This document shows, one piece after another, positions 51,665-59,664 of a DNA stretch of 64,000 bases. Source of the stretch: Flexilinea sp. (GTDB lineage Bacteria; Bacteroidota; Bacteroidia; Bacteroidales; UBA932); NCBI GenBank assembly GCA_963589825.1, contig CAVAMP010000007.1, positions 26 through 64,025 on the forward strand. The letters are read 5' to 3'. A program made the position numbers and the translations under genes. How positions within the stretch are numbered: the stretch's first letter is position 1; each line of letters opens with the position of its first letter. The notes under the pieces were generated by a model. It had not been told where the DNA came from and did no database searches. It saw nothing but the letters and a program-made list of their open reading frames with translations.

Positions 51665-52233
51665 TTCAAGAAGTCGCCCACGACTTTTTCTGCGTCTGAA
51701 AACGCTTTCTGCAGGTCATCGTTGATGAGAATATAGTCGAACTGTGGCGCGTAGGTCATCTCCTCGGCGGCCTTCGCGACCCTTCTTTCGATGGCCTCGG
51801 GGGAGTCTGTGGCGCGGCCGATAAGACGGCGGCGCAGCTCTTCAACCGAAGGAGCCTGAACGAAAACGGAAAGGGCCCTGTCGCCGAAATACTTCTTGAG
51901 GTTCACTCCGCCCTTCACATCCACATCGAAAATCACGGAATTTCCCTTGGCCCAGATTCTTTCGACCTCGGACTTGAGGGTGCCGTAATATGAGCCCGGA
52001 TATACCTCCTCATACTCCACGAACTCGTCTGCGGCTATTCTCTTTCTGAACTCGTCGGCAGAGATGAACCAGTATTCCACTCCGTCGCGTTCGGTCCCTC
52101 TCGGGGCGCGGGATGCTGCGGAGATTGAGAATTCAAGCTCCGGATGCAGCTTCAGAATGTGTCCGACGACGGTGCTTTTGCCCGAACCTGACGGAGCTGA
52201 AAATATGACAGCTTTCCTATTGTCCTTTTCCAT
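51661..52233 (-). CDS. gmk: Guanylate kinase
   Basis: SAPSGSGKST, RAPRGTERDGVEY, YYGTL, DVDVKG. Confidence 0.96.
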   Translation of the reverse strand: MEKDNRKAVIFSAPSGSGKSTVVGHILKLHPELEFSISAASRAPRGTERDGVEYWFISADEFRKRIAADEFVEYEEVYPGSYYGTLKSEVERIWAKGNSVIFDVDVKGGVNLKKYFGDRALSVFVQAPSVEELRRRLIGRATDSPEAIERRVAKAAEEMTYAPQFDYILINDDLQKAFSDAEKVVGDFLK

Positions 52234-52419
52234 ATAAATCCTTTATAAACAATCAATTATAATCAACTATATTCTTTTTGGAAGATAATTACTTAAAATT
52301 TCCGCAAAATTAACTATTTTTGCGCGGTTTTTGTCGCCTTGTCTTTGTTTTGTTCTGCAAAAACGGACAGACGCGACGGAAAAGATTGACAGTAAATTTT
52401 TTATATAATTTTTCAAATT

Positions 52420-53421
52420 ATGGTATCTTACAAGGAAATCGGTCTTGTGAACACCAAAGAGATGTTCGCCAAGGCCATCAAGGGAGGTTATGCAATTCCT
52501 GCATTCAACTTCAACAATATGGAGCAGCTCCAGGCCATCATCCAGGCTTCAGCCGAGACCAAGTCACCGGTCATTCTCCAGGTTTCAAAGGGTGCGCGCA
52601 ACTACGCTAACCAGACCCTCCTCCGCTATATGGCTGAGGGCGCTGTAGAGTATGCAAAGGAACTCGGATGGGCTCATCCGCAGATTGTCCTCCACCTCGA
52701 CCACGGCGACTCTTTCGAGCTTTGCAAGAGCTGCGTCGATATGGGCTTCTCTTCAGTTATGATCGACGGCTCCGCTCTTCCTTACGAGGACAACATCGCC
52801 CTCACCAAGAAGGTCGTTGAGTACGCTCACAAGTATGACGTTACCGTTGAGGCTGAGCTCGGAGTGCTCGCAGGCGTTGAGGATGAGGTTGCCGCTGAGG
52901 AATCTCACTACACAAAGCCTGAGGAAGTAATCGACTTCGCTACCCGCACAGGCTGCGACTCTCTCGCAATCTCAATCGGAACTTCACACGGCGCCTACAA
53001 ATTCAAACCGGAGCAGTGCACCCGTGACCCGAAGACCGGCCGTCTCGTTCCGCCGCCACTCGCATTCGACGTTCTCCACGAGGTTGAGAAGAAACTTCCT
53101 GGTTTCCCTATCGTTCTCCACGGCTCATCTTCAGTTCCGCAGGAGTATGTTGACATCATCAACGCAAACGGCGGAAAACTTCCTGACGCAGTCGGCATCC
53201 CTGAGGAGCAGCTCCGTGAGGCAGCAAAGAGCGCTGTCTGCAAGATCAACATCGACTCTGACTCACGTCTTGCAATGACCGCCGCTGTCCGCAAGGTCTT
53301 CAACGAGAAGCCGGGCGAGTTTGACCCTCGCAAGTACCTCGGACCTGCACGCGACGAGATGAAGAAGCTCTACGAGCACAAGATCATTGACGTTCTTGGA
53401 TCTAACGGAAAGGCTGAATAA
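52420..53421 (+). CDS. fba: Class II fructose-1,6-bisphosphate aldolase
   Basis: LHLDHG, SSVMIDGS, VEAELG, IGTSHG, VLHGSS, KINIDSD. Confidence 0.96.
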   Translation: MVSYKEIGLVNTKEMFAKAIKGGYAIPAFNFNNMEQLQAIIQASAETKSPVILQVSKGARNYANQTLLRYMAEGAVEYAKELGWAHPQIVLHLDHGDSFELCKSCVDMGFSSVMIDGSALPYEDNIALTKKVVEYAHKYDVTVEAELGVLAGVEDEVAAEESHYTKPEEVIDFATRTGCDSLAISIGTSHGAYKFKPEQCTRDPKTGRLVPPPLAFDVLHEVEKKLPGFPIVLHGSSSVPQEYVDIINANGGKLPDAVGIPEEQLREAAKSAVCKINIDSDSRLAMTAAVRKVFNEKPGEFDPRKYLGPARDEMKKLYEHKIIDVLGSNGKAE

Positions 53422-53424
53422 ACC

Positions 53425-53542
53425 GGGGCGCAGAAAAGGCGGTCTACTGCGTTACGCTCCTTGCCCAAATCCTCTGGGCCCAAAGGTTGCTCCGGTATTG
53501 GGCGCGTCGCAAGCCTTGTATCCCATCCTTTTCTGCATCCCC
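53425..53542 (+). repeat. Dispersed structured element, family A, copy 2
   Basis: Same core as 2303-2423; outer stem GCAGAAAAGG / CCTTTTCTGC. Confidence 0.9.
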
Positions 53543-53564
53543 TTCATTTATGCTTTATTCTTAT

Positions 53565-53604
53565 AAAAAGCAGGCTGACGATTTTCGCCAGCCTGTTTTT
53601 TTTT
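53565..53604. terminator. Bidirectional terminator between fba and the phosphate transporter gene
   Basis: AAAAAGCAGGCTGACG-ATTTT-CGCCAGCCTGTTTTTTTT. Confidence 0.8.
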
Positions 53605-53618
53605 GTTTGTGTAATGTA

Positions 53619-55865
53619 TTAGGAGAGTTGGAACTTTCTTGATGAGCGAATCATCTGTTTCAGGATGATTGCAATCTGCTCGGACTCCTGGAGCGTGTTG
53701 AGGTAGAGATAGCCCACATTGATGTTGCCGTTCTTGCCTCGGATGTCCTCCATCAGAGCCTTGCGCAGGGTGGAGAAATCGTGCTGGATTTCCTTCAGCT
53801 TCTCCTCCAGGGACTTCAGCGCGGCATAGTCACCTTCGTTGCAGTCGCGGATGATTTCCTCCATACACCAGAGAATCCTGTCCCGCTGCGGCGCAAATTC
53901 GAGAATGTATTTCTCCGGAAGAGGGGAGAAGTGGTTGTCCACGTGCTCGTATGCAGGCTCGCAGATTCGGCGGATTGCGTAGTAGAGCTGCTCCATTTCG
54001 TTGAAGGAGGCGAAGAACCAGGTCCCCTTTCTCATCGCCGTCTCCGGGGAGAGCCTCCTCACGCAGATTGTTTCCTTCCGGCGGATATTTTTCAGCGTAC
54101 CCTTCTTGTCCATAAGCTCGTAGTGAGCCTTTCTCAGAAGCTTTATGTTTTCTGTCGTAAGTCCTTCAGTGACATTGCGGTAGTTGCGAAGAATGTTCCC
54201 GAGCACGGTGCATTCGTTTGCGGAAACATAGCTGCAGATGAGCCTGTCGGTTTCGTCCGGGCAGGTGCTGCGAAGAATGCTCCTGAACATCTTGTCGCCG
54301 TTCTCCTCGTCGCTTTTCGCCTTGAACTTGATGTTGCTGTGGATCATAACTCCGAGGGCTGCGATGACCGTGATTATGATTACCGTAGTGCCTCCCCAGT
54401 GCATAACCAGGGCCACCACAAAGGCTGCGGCAAAGGCTATTGCCGCCGTCAGGAACCATCCTCCGATGACCGAAAGCACTCCCGTGATGCGGTAGACGGC
54501 GCTTTCCCGTCCCCAGGCACGGTCGGCAAGCGAAGAGGCCATCGCCACCATAAAGGTTACGTAGGTCGTTGAAAGCGGAAGTTTCAGGGACGTTCCGAGG
54601 GCAATCAGAAGGGAGGCCGTAACGAGGTTCACCGATGCGCGGACAAGGTCGTACTGAGCGCCCTCCTCAATCTCGATGTGGGTGTTGTCGAAACGGCGGT
54701 CAACCCAGGCGCGGAACTTTTCCGGAGTCACCGCCATAACTGCCTGAGCCGCAGCGTTTCCGAACCTCACGAGGCTTCGTGCCACCCTGGAAGTTCCGAA
54801 CATCTCTTCGCCCTCCTCCTGTTTTGCGAGGTTGAGTTCGGTCTTGGTCACATTGTGCGCCTTCTTTGAGGTTGCAAGCGCGAGGACCATCACCGCACCG
54901 GCCGCGAACAGGAAGCCGATAGGGGTATGTGCGCTCTCGTTGAGAACTCCCATCATATGGGCGGATGGGTCAGAGGCGCCGCTCTGCATCCAGTCCACGT
55001 ACGAGGCGTAGCCTGTGAGGGGCACTCCGATGAAGTTCACGAGGTCGTTCCCGGCGAAGGCCGTAGCGAGGGCGAATGTGCCCGCAAGCACCACTATTTT
55101 GAGAACATTGACTCCGAGCGCGTGCAGACCCTGCATAAGGAGCGTCGCCACCACAAAGCATACTCCCAGCACCCACGGAGTGTTCGTGTTAATCCACGCT
55201 TTGACTTCCGGGGTCATAAACGACATCGACTCCACCCCTTTGAAGAGCATAAAATAGAGGATGGCGGTGATGCTGACTCCGCCGAAAATGCCGATTTTCC
55301 ACTTGAAGGACTTGTTCCTGTAGCTGAAGGTGAAAAGCAGTCTCACGACCCATTGAACAAACAGGCCCACGACGAATGCGATGGCAACCGAGATGAAAAT
55401 CGCGAGAATGACCTGAAGGGCCTTCGAGGTGTTCATGTAGTCGGAAAGCGCGAGGCCGGAGTCCGGGGAGCCCGCCATCTTCAGCATTGTGAGCGCGCAG
55501 GTGGCTCCGAGAAGTTCAAAGACCAGCGAGACCGTCGTGGAGGTCGGCATTCCGAGAGAGTTGAATGCGTCGAGAAGTACGATGTCCGTGACCATAACGG
55601 TAAGGCAGATGAGCATAACTTCGCTGAAGGCGAACTGCTCCGGCCGGAAGATTCCGTGGCGCGCCACATCCATCATTCCGTTGCTCATAACCGCCCCGAA
55701 GAAGACTCCCACGGCCGCAATCGCGATGATTGTTTTGAATCCTGCCGCCTTCGAACCCACCGCAGAGTTGAGGAAGTTCACGGCATCGTTGCTGACTCCG
55801 ACCCAGAGGTCCGACACCGCCAGCACAAAGAGAAAAATGACAAATCCGAGATAAAGAAGTTCCAT
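53619..55865 (-). CDS. Inorganic phosphate transporter (PiT family) with helical, PhoU-like C-terminus
   Basis: GVSNDAVNF and AGNDLVNF signature repeats, PTSTT, PLSTT; many TM segments. Confidence 0.88.
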   Translation of the reverse strand: MELLYLGFVIFLFVLAVSDLWVGVSNDAVNFLNSAVGSKAAGFKTIIAIAAVGVFFGAVMSNGMMDVARHGIFRPEQFAFSEVMLICLTVMVTDIVLLDAFNSLGMPTSTTVSLVFELLGATCALTMLKMAGSPDSGLALSDYMNTSKALQVILAIFISVAIAFVVGLFVQWVVRLLFTFSYRNKSFKWKIGIFGGVSITAILYFMLFKGVESMSFMTPEVKAWINTNTPWVLGVCFVVATLLMQGLHALGVNVLKIVVLAGTFALATAFAGNDLVNFIGVPLTGYASYVDWMQSGASDPSAHMMGVLNESAHTPIGFLFAAGAVMVLALATSKKAHNVTKTELNLAKQEEGEEMFGTSRVARSLVRFGNAAAQAVMAVTPEKFRAWVDRRFDNTHIEIEEGAQYDLVRASVNLVTASLLIALGTSLKLPLSTTYVTFMVAMASSLADRAWGRESAVYRITGVLSVIGGWFLTAAIAFAAAFVVALVMHWGGTTVIIITVIAALGVMIHSNIKFKAKSDEENGDKMFRSILRSTCPDETDRLICSYVSANECTVLGNILRNYRNVTEGLTTENIKLLRKAHYELMDKKGTLKNIRRKETICVRRLSPETAMRKGTWFFASFNEMEQLYYAIRRICEPAYEHVDNHFSPLPEKYILEFAPQRDRILWCMEEIIRDCNEGDYAALKSLEEKLKEIQHDFSTLRKALMEDIRGKNGNINVGYLYLNTLQESEQIAIILKQMIRSSRKFQLS

Positions 55866-55957
55866 AAATCTATTTCTATATTTGCAAGTATCTAACTTAT
55901 TCCTTTTATTTTCGCCCGCGAAGATAGGGCTGGGATGTTGTGGGATTATTTCAATGA

Positions 55958-56031
55958 TGTTAAATTTTTGTTAAATCTTGGGCGGAAACGATTGATTTAT
56001 AGGGTATTATGTTAAATTTTTGTAAAAGTCG
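55958..56031. promoter_or_regulatory. Two pairs of 11-bp-period direct repeats (candidate OmpR/PhoB-family boxes)
   Basis: TGTTAAATTTT-TGTTAAATCTT (55958-55979) and TGTTAAATTTT-TGTAAAAGTCG (56010-56031); TATCTTTG promoter element at 56054-56061. Confidence 0.6.
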
Positions 56032-56135
56032 CGCCCTCAATGAAAAAATCCCTTATCTTTGTGTTCGCTTCTCCGTGGGAGGAGGGTATATACCTATTTA
56101 TATTGACGGAAAAAGCATCATTGAAAGGGATTAAT

Positions 56136-56924
56136 ATGGACGAAAAACGCATACTTGTTGTGGATGACGAACCGGACATCTGCGAAATCCTCCAGTTCAA
56201 TCTGGAGAACGCCGGCTACGGGGTGGATGTGGCCTATTCTGCAGAGGAGGCCCTGGGGATGATGTTCCCGGGGGGGAGCGGCGAAGCCACTGAAGGAGGA
56301 GATGAGTGCGGAGGAAAAGGATCCTCCAGTGAGGGGAGCTCTTCTGCCTGCCCGGGAGGCTACAGTCTTGTTCTTCTGGACGTTATGATGGGAGGAATGT
56401 CGGGCTTTAGGATGGCGGACATTCTCCGGAAGGAGCACTCCTGCCTTGTCCCCATAATTTTCCTCACGGCGAAAACCGCTGAAAATGACCTGCTTACTGG
56501 CTTTTCCGCCGGGGGAGACGACTACATCTGCAAGCCTTTCTCAGTCCAGGAAGTTCTCGCGAGGGTTAGGGCCGTGCTTCGCCGGTGCGCCTCTGCCTCA
56601 GCCTCTCCGGCGGCATCTTCTCGGGGGAACGATTCTTCGCAGGAGAACATCCGCTTCGACCTTGACTCGAAATTGGTCTATGTCGAGGGAAATCCCGTAA
56701 CGCTTTCAAAAAAGGAGTTCGAGCTGCTGAGGCTTCTCGTGGAAAGTCCCGGAAGGGTGTTTTCGCGGGAGGAAATCATCGCGGCTCTATGGAAAGACGC
56801 CCCGTATGTTCTTGACAGGACCATCGATGTGCATATAGCCCGCATCCGCTCCCGTCATCCGCTTCTGAAATCGTCGCTCGTCAATCGTTCCGGTTACGGT
56901 TATCTGTATTCTCCGCAGGCCTGA
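56136..56924 (+). CDS. OmpR/PhoB-family response regulator
   Basis: ILVVDDE, LLDVMM, FLTAK, DDYICKPF, winged helix DRTIDVHIARIR, RSGYGY; start ATG 56136. Confidence 0.93.
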   Translation: MDEKRILVVDDEPDICEILQFNLENAGYGVDVAYSAEEALGMMFPGGSGEATEGGDECGGKGSSSEGSSSACPGGYSLVLLDVMMGGMSGFRMADILRKEHSCLVPIIFLTAKTAENDLLTGFSAGGDDYICKPFSVQEVLARVRAVLRRCASASASPAASSRGNDSSQENIRFDLDSKLVYVEGNPVTLSKKEFELLRLLVESPGRVFSREEIIAALWKDAPYVLDRTIDVHIARIRSRHPLLKSSLVNRSGYGYLYSPQA

Positions 56925-57040
56925 AGGATTCGACCTCCTTTGTGTGAGGGAAAAAGTGCGTGGGATTTGAGAGTTTGATTAGAGGGGAAAGGGTTACATA
57001 TAAATAAGTTAGATAGTTGCGAAAGTTGAATGATAACATT

Positions 57041-58156
57041 ATGAATGCAGTTTCAAGGTTTCTCAGAAGGCTCTCTCTCACTCTGGGCAGAAGCAAGGAA
57101 AGTCAGGTCCGGCTTCTTAAAATGCACATCCGGGGCAGCGACAAGGCCGTCGCCATTTTCACCCCGGCCTTCAAGCCTGAGTACACCAATCCGAGGTTTG
57201 CGCAGTATGTGAGCGCCATCCTGGGCCATCCGCTGGGCGATGTCTCCGAGGTCTGGGACAATGAGTTTTTCGCTCCTCTTAGAAAGTTCAAAAAGGAAAA
57301 CTCCGACTGCCGCAAATATGACTCCTTCAGTTTTGACGGCGAGGCCGGCGGGAAAGTCTACCGGGTGCGCCTTCTGGTCTATCCCGAAACCGGATTTGAA
57401 CTCAGCATCGCCGACATAACCCGCGGGGAGAACGCCTCGAGGCTCAAGCAGCAGATGACAAGCAACATCTCCCACGAACTCCGCACCCCGGTCACAAGCA
57501 TAATGGGCTATCTCGAAACCCTCGAGGCCTGCCCCTCTATGCCGGAGGAAAAACGCAAGGCGTTCATACACAGGGCCTACACCCAGACGGTGAGACTCTC
57601 GGACCTTATCTGGGATATGGCGATAATAAGCAAGATCGAGGAGTCGCCGGAAAAGCTGCCGAGACTGAAGGTGAATCTTCGCGCGGTCGCCGAGGAGGTG
57701 TTCAGCGAGTTTTCTTCCCGCATCGAGGCCCAGAACGACACCGTGGAGAATCTTCTTCCAGAGGGCCTCACGGTGGAGGGCAACGAGAGCCTTCTCTACG
57801 CGATTTTCCGAAATCTCGTGGAGAACAGCCTCAAGTATGCCGGCGAGGGAGTGAAACTGCACCTTGAGTGCTACGCTAACGGCCGGGAGGGCGGTTTTCA
57901 GACCGATCCGGATGACGGGCCGTACATCTTCCTGACCTATTACGACACCGGAAACGGAGTCAGCGAGGAGCATCTCTCCCGCCTTTTCGAGCGCTTCTAC
58001 CGCATAGGCGAGGGCCGCTCCAGAGAGGACGGCGGGTCGGGCCTCGGTCTTTCCATCGTGAGGAACGCAGTTTCCTTCCACGGAGGCGACATCCGCGCGG
58101 TGAACCGCGCCCCGAGCGGCCTGCAGTTTTTCTTTTCGCTCCGCCAGCGTGCCTGA
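57041..58156 (+). CDS. PhoR-like histidine kinase with no transmembrane segment
   Basis: H-box SHELRTP, N-box NLVENSLKY, DTGNG, FERFYR, GGSGLGLSIV; start ATG 57041 assumed. Confidence 0.9.
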   Translation: MNAVSRFLRRLSLTLGRSKESQVRLLKMHIRGSDKAVAIFTPAFKPEYTNPRFAQYVSAILGHPLGDVSEVWDNEFFAPLRKFKKENSDCRKYDSFSFDGEAGGKVYRVRLLVYPETGFELSIADITRGENASRLKQQMTSNISHELRTPVTSIMGYLETLEACPSMPEEKRKAFIHRAYTQTVRLSDLIWDMAIISKIEESPEKLPRLKVNLRAVAEEVFSEFSSRIEAQNDTVENLLPEGLTVEGNESLLYAIFRNLVENSLKYAGEGVKLHLECYANGREGGFQTDPDDGPYIFLTYYDTGNGVSEEHLSRLFERFYRIGEGRSREDGGSGLGLSIVRNAVSFHGGDIRAVNRAPSGLQFFFSLRQRA

Positions 58157-58273
58157 ATATGGTGAGCGGGGGAGTGTGCGGTGAAGTAAAATACCAAATT
58201 ATGGGTATTGCGGGGCGGGACTGAGCGGCGTACCTTTGCAGCATCAATAATCGTTTAGCCATTTTTATGAGAA

Positions 58274-58319
58274 GAAAGAGGATGACACAAAAGTCAATGA
58301 CTTTTGGTCACCCTCTTTC
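58274..58319. repeat. Long inverted repeat, GAGGRTGAC hairpin family (MITE/IS-end-like)
   Basis: GAAAGAGGATGAC-ACAAAAGTCA-A-TGACTTTTG-GTCACCCTCTTTC. Confidence 0.65.
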
Positions 58320-58545
58320 AGACTTCATAACCCCCGCAGACTGGCGTCTGCAACCCCTGTAATTACATTAATCATCTAGGGTATGTCATTTTGGCGTACT
58401 TGGGGTGCGGGGGGAACAGTTTTTGCGCATAGGTGGGGCTTGGTAGTTAGTGACATATTTGCTTGAATTCGGTGAAACGAATGGCGTTTTGTAAGCATCT
58501 ATGTGCTGTTTGGTTAGCAATAAACACAAAATCAACAATAAAATT

Positions 58546-59256
58546 ATGAAAAAGTATTTTGCAATTGCGATGATTGCGCTCGCCTCTGTGTGCGCTTCAT
58601 CTTGTAACAAGGACAACTCCAAGACTGAGGAGTCGGCTAAAAATTACATCAACACCTGGGTGACCGAGCCTATGGCTGCAACTGACGTCCTGTCCGATAT
58701 GCTGGAAGAATTCTCAACCCTTCTTCCTGCGGGCTCGATTTCCGAGATTTCCGCTGAGGTGGGTGACGCTCAGCTCAGAAGGTGCGCTCAGTTCTTCGAG
58801 AACGGCGAGACAGTTTACGGCGTCGTTGTGGACAAAGCCAGCCTTCTCAAGGTAGTGAACGGCATCAGCTCCTGGGCAGAGAAGACAACCACTCTGGAGG
58901 ATTATCAGAAATCAGCCCTCAAACTCATTGCGGTAAGCTTCAAAACGGCTATCAACCAAATGTCTGACAACGACATTCTTGGAACCAAGAGCAATTACAG
59001 CATTGTCGAGAAGGACGCCACCAGCGGAGTAATCACGATTTCCGTCACTGAGACGGTGGATGAAAAGGAAGTTACCACAAAGCGTGACGTGAACTACAGC
59101 AACCTCAGCGCTACGACTCTCACGGTTTCTTACACCGAGAAGCTGACACTCGACCTTAAGTCCGCCGCTTCCTGCGGAATCACTCCGGGCAAGTTCGTGG
59201 ATTTCGCCGAGCTGCAGAAGTATCTGCCGGCTGATTCTGTAACCCCAGCTGAATAA
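58546..59256 (+). CDS. Hypothetical lipoprotein
   Basis: MKKYFAIAMIALASVCASSC lipoprotein signal; start ATG 58546. Confidence 0.82.
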   Translation: MKKYFAIAMIALASVCASSCNKDNSKTEESAKNYINTWVTEPMAATDVLSDMLEEFSTLLPAGSISEISAEVGDAQLRRCAQFFENGETVYGVVVDKASLLKVVNGISSWAEKTTTLEDYQKSALKLIAVSFKTAINQMSDNDILGTKSNYSIVEKDATSGVITISVTETVDEKEVTTKRDVNYSNLSATTLTVSYTEKLTLDLKSAASCGITPGKFVDFAELQKYLPADSVTPAE

Positions 59257-59378
59257 AGATGCCGAATAAAAAGCGGTCTACTGCGTTGTTCTCCTAGGTC
59301 AAATCCTCTGGGCCCAAAGGTTGCTCCGGTTTGCCCGTCGCCCGGAGCCTTGTATCCCATCTTTTTATTCAACATCTT
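59256..59378 (+). repeat. Dispersed structured element, family A, copy 3
   Basis: Same core; outer stem AAGATG..GAATAAAAAG / CTTTTTATTC..CATCTT. Confidence 0.9.
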
Positions 59379-59387
59379 CCTAGTTAT

Positions 59388-59418
59388 AGGGGATGACTTT
59401 CGGGTCACCCCCTTTTTT
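59388..59418 (+). terminator. Intrinsic terminator, GAGGRTGAC hairpin family
   Basis: AGGGGATGAC-TTTCGG-GTCACCCCCT plus T-tract; near reverse complement of 28964-28991. Confidence 0.75.
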
Positions 59419-59517
59419 ATGTCAATTGGAATGAGCTTTTTTGCGTGACCCTTTGTTGGTTTTTGGAAAATTATTCCTATATTTGCAGCCGCTTCAGCCT
59501 TAGAGGCTATGCGTTTT

Positions 59518-59589
59518 GCGGGTGTAGCTCAGTGGTAGAGCATCGGCTTCCCAAGCCGAGGGCCACGAGTTCGACCCTCGCCACCCGCT
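59518..59589 (+). tRNA. tRNA-Gly (anticodon CCC), CCA not encoded
   Basis: Acceptor GCGGGTG/CACCCGC, D-arm GCTC/GAGC, anticodon arm TCGGC-TTCCCAA-GCCGA, TTCGA loop; TATATTTG promoter element at 59478-59485. Confidence 0.95.
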
Positions 59590-59664
59590 CTTCCTTTTCA
59601 TAGTGTGGCCCAAAACTTTTGGGTCACACTATTTTGTTTGAAATATTATTTCATTCATATATTT

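Noticed and set aside
53410..53421. fba and the 58546 lipoprotein gene both end in GCTGAATAA just before family A elements (possible target site)
   Set aside because: Copy 1 follows a different sequence (CTGTCCTAA); two cases are too few to call a target motif
56040..56135. Upstream extensions given in the ORF track (also 1152, 2499, 14320, 33501, 36458, 49367, 57017, 58501, 59605)
   Set aside because: They overlap promoter motifs or precede the evident signal peptide or domain start, so downstream ATGs were chosen
59518..59589. tRNA-Gly as an integration site or pseudogene (A.C mismatch at the base of the T-stem)
   Set aside because: No integrase or duplicated 3' end in the window; all other arms pair and a promoter element is present
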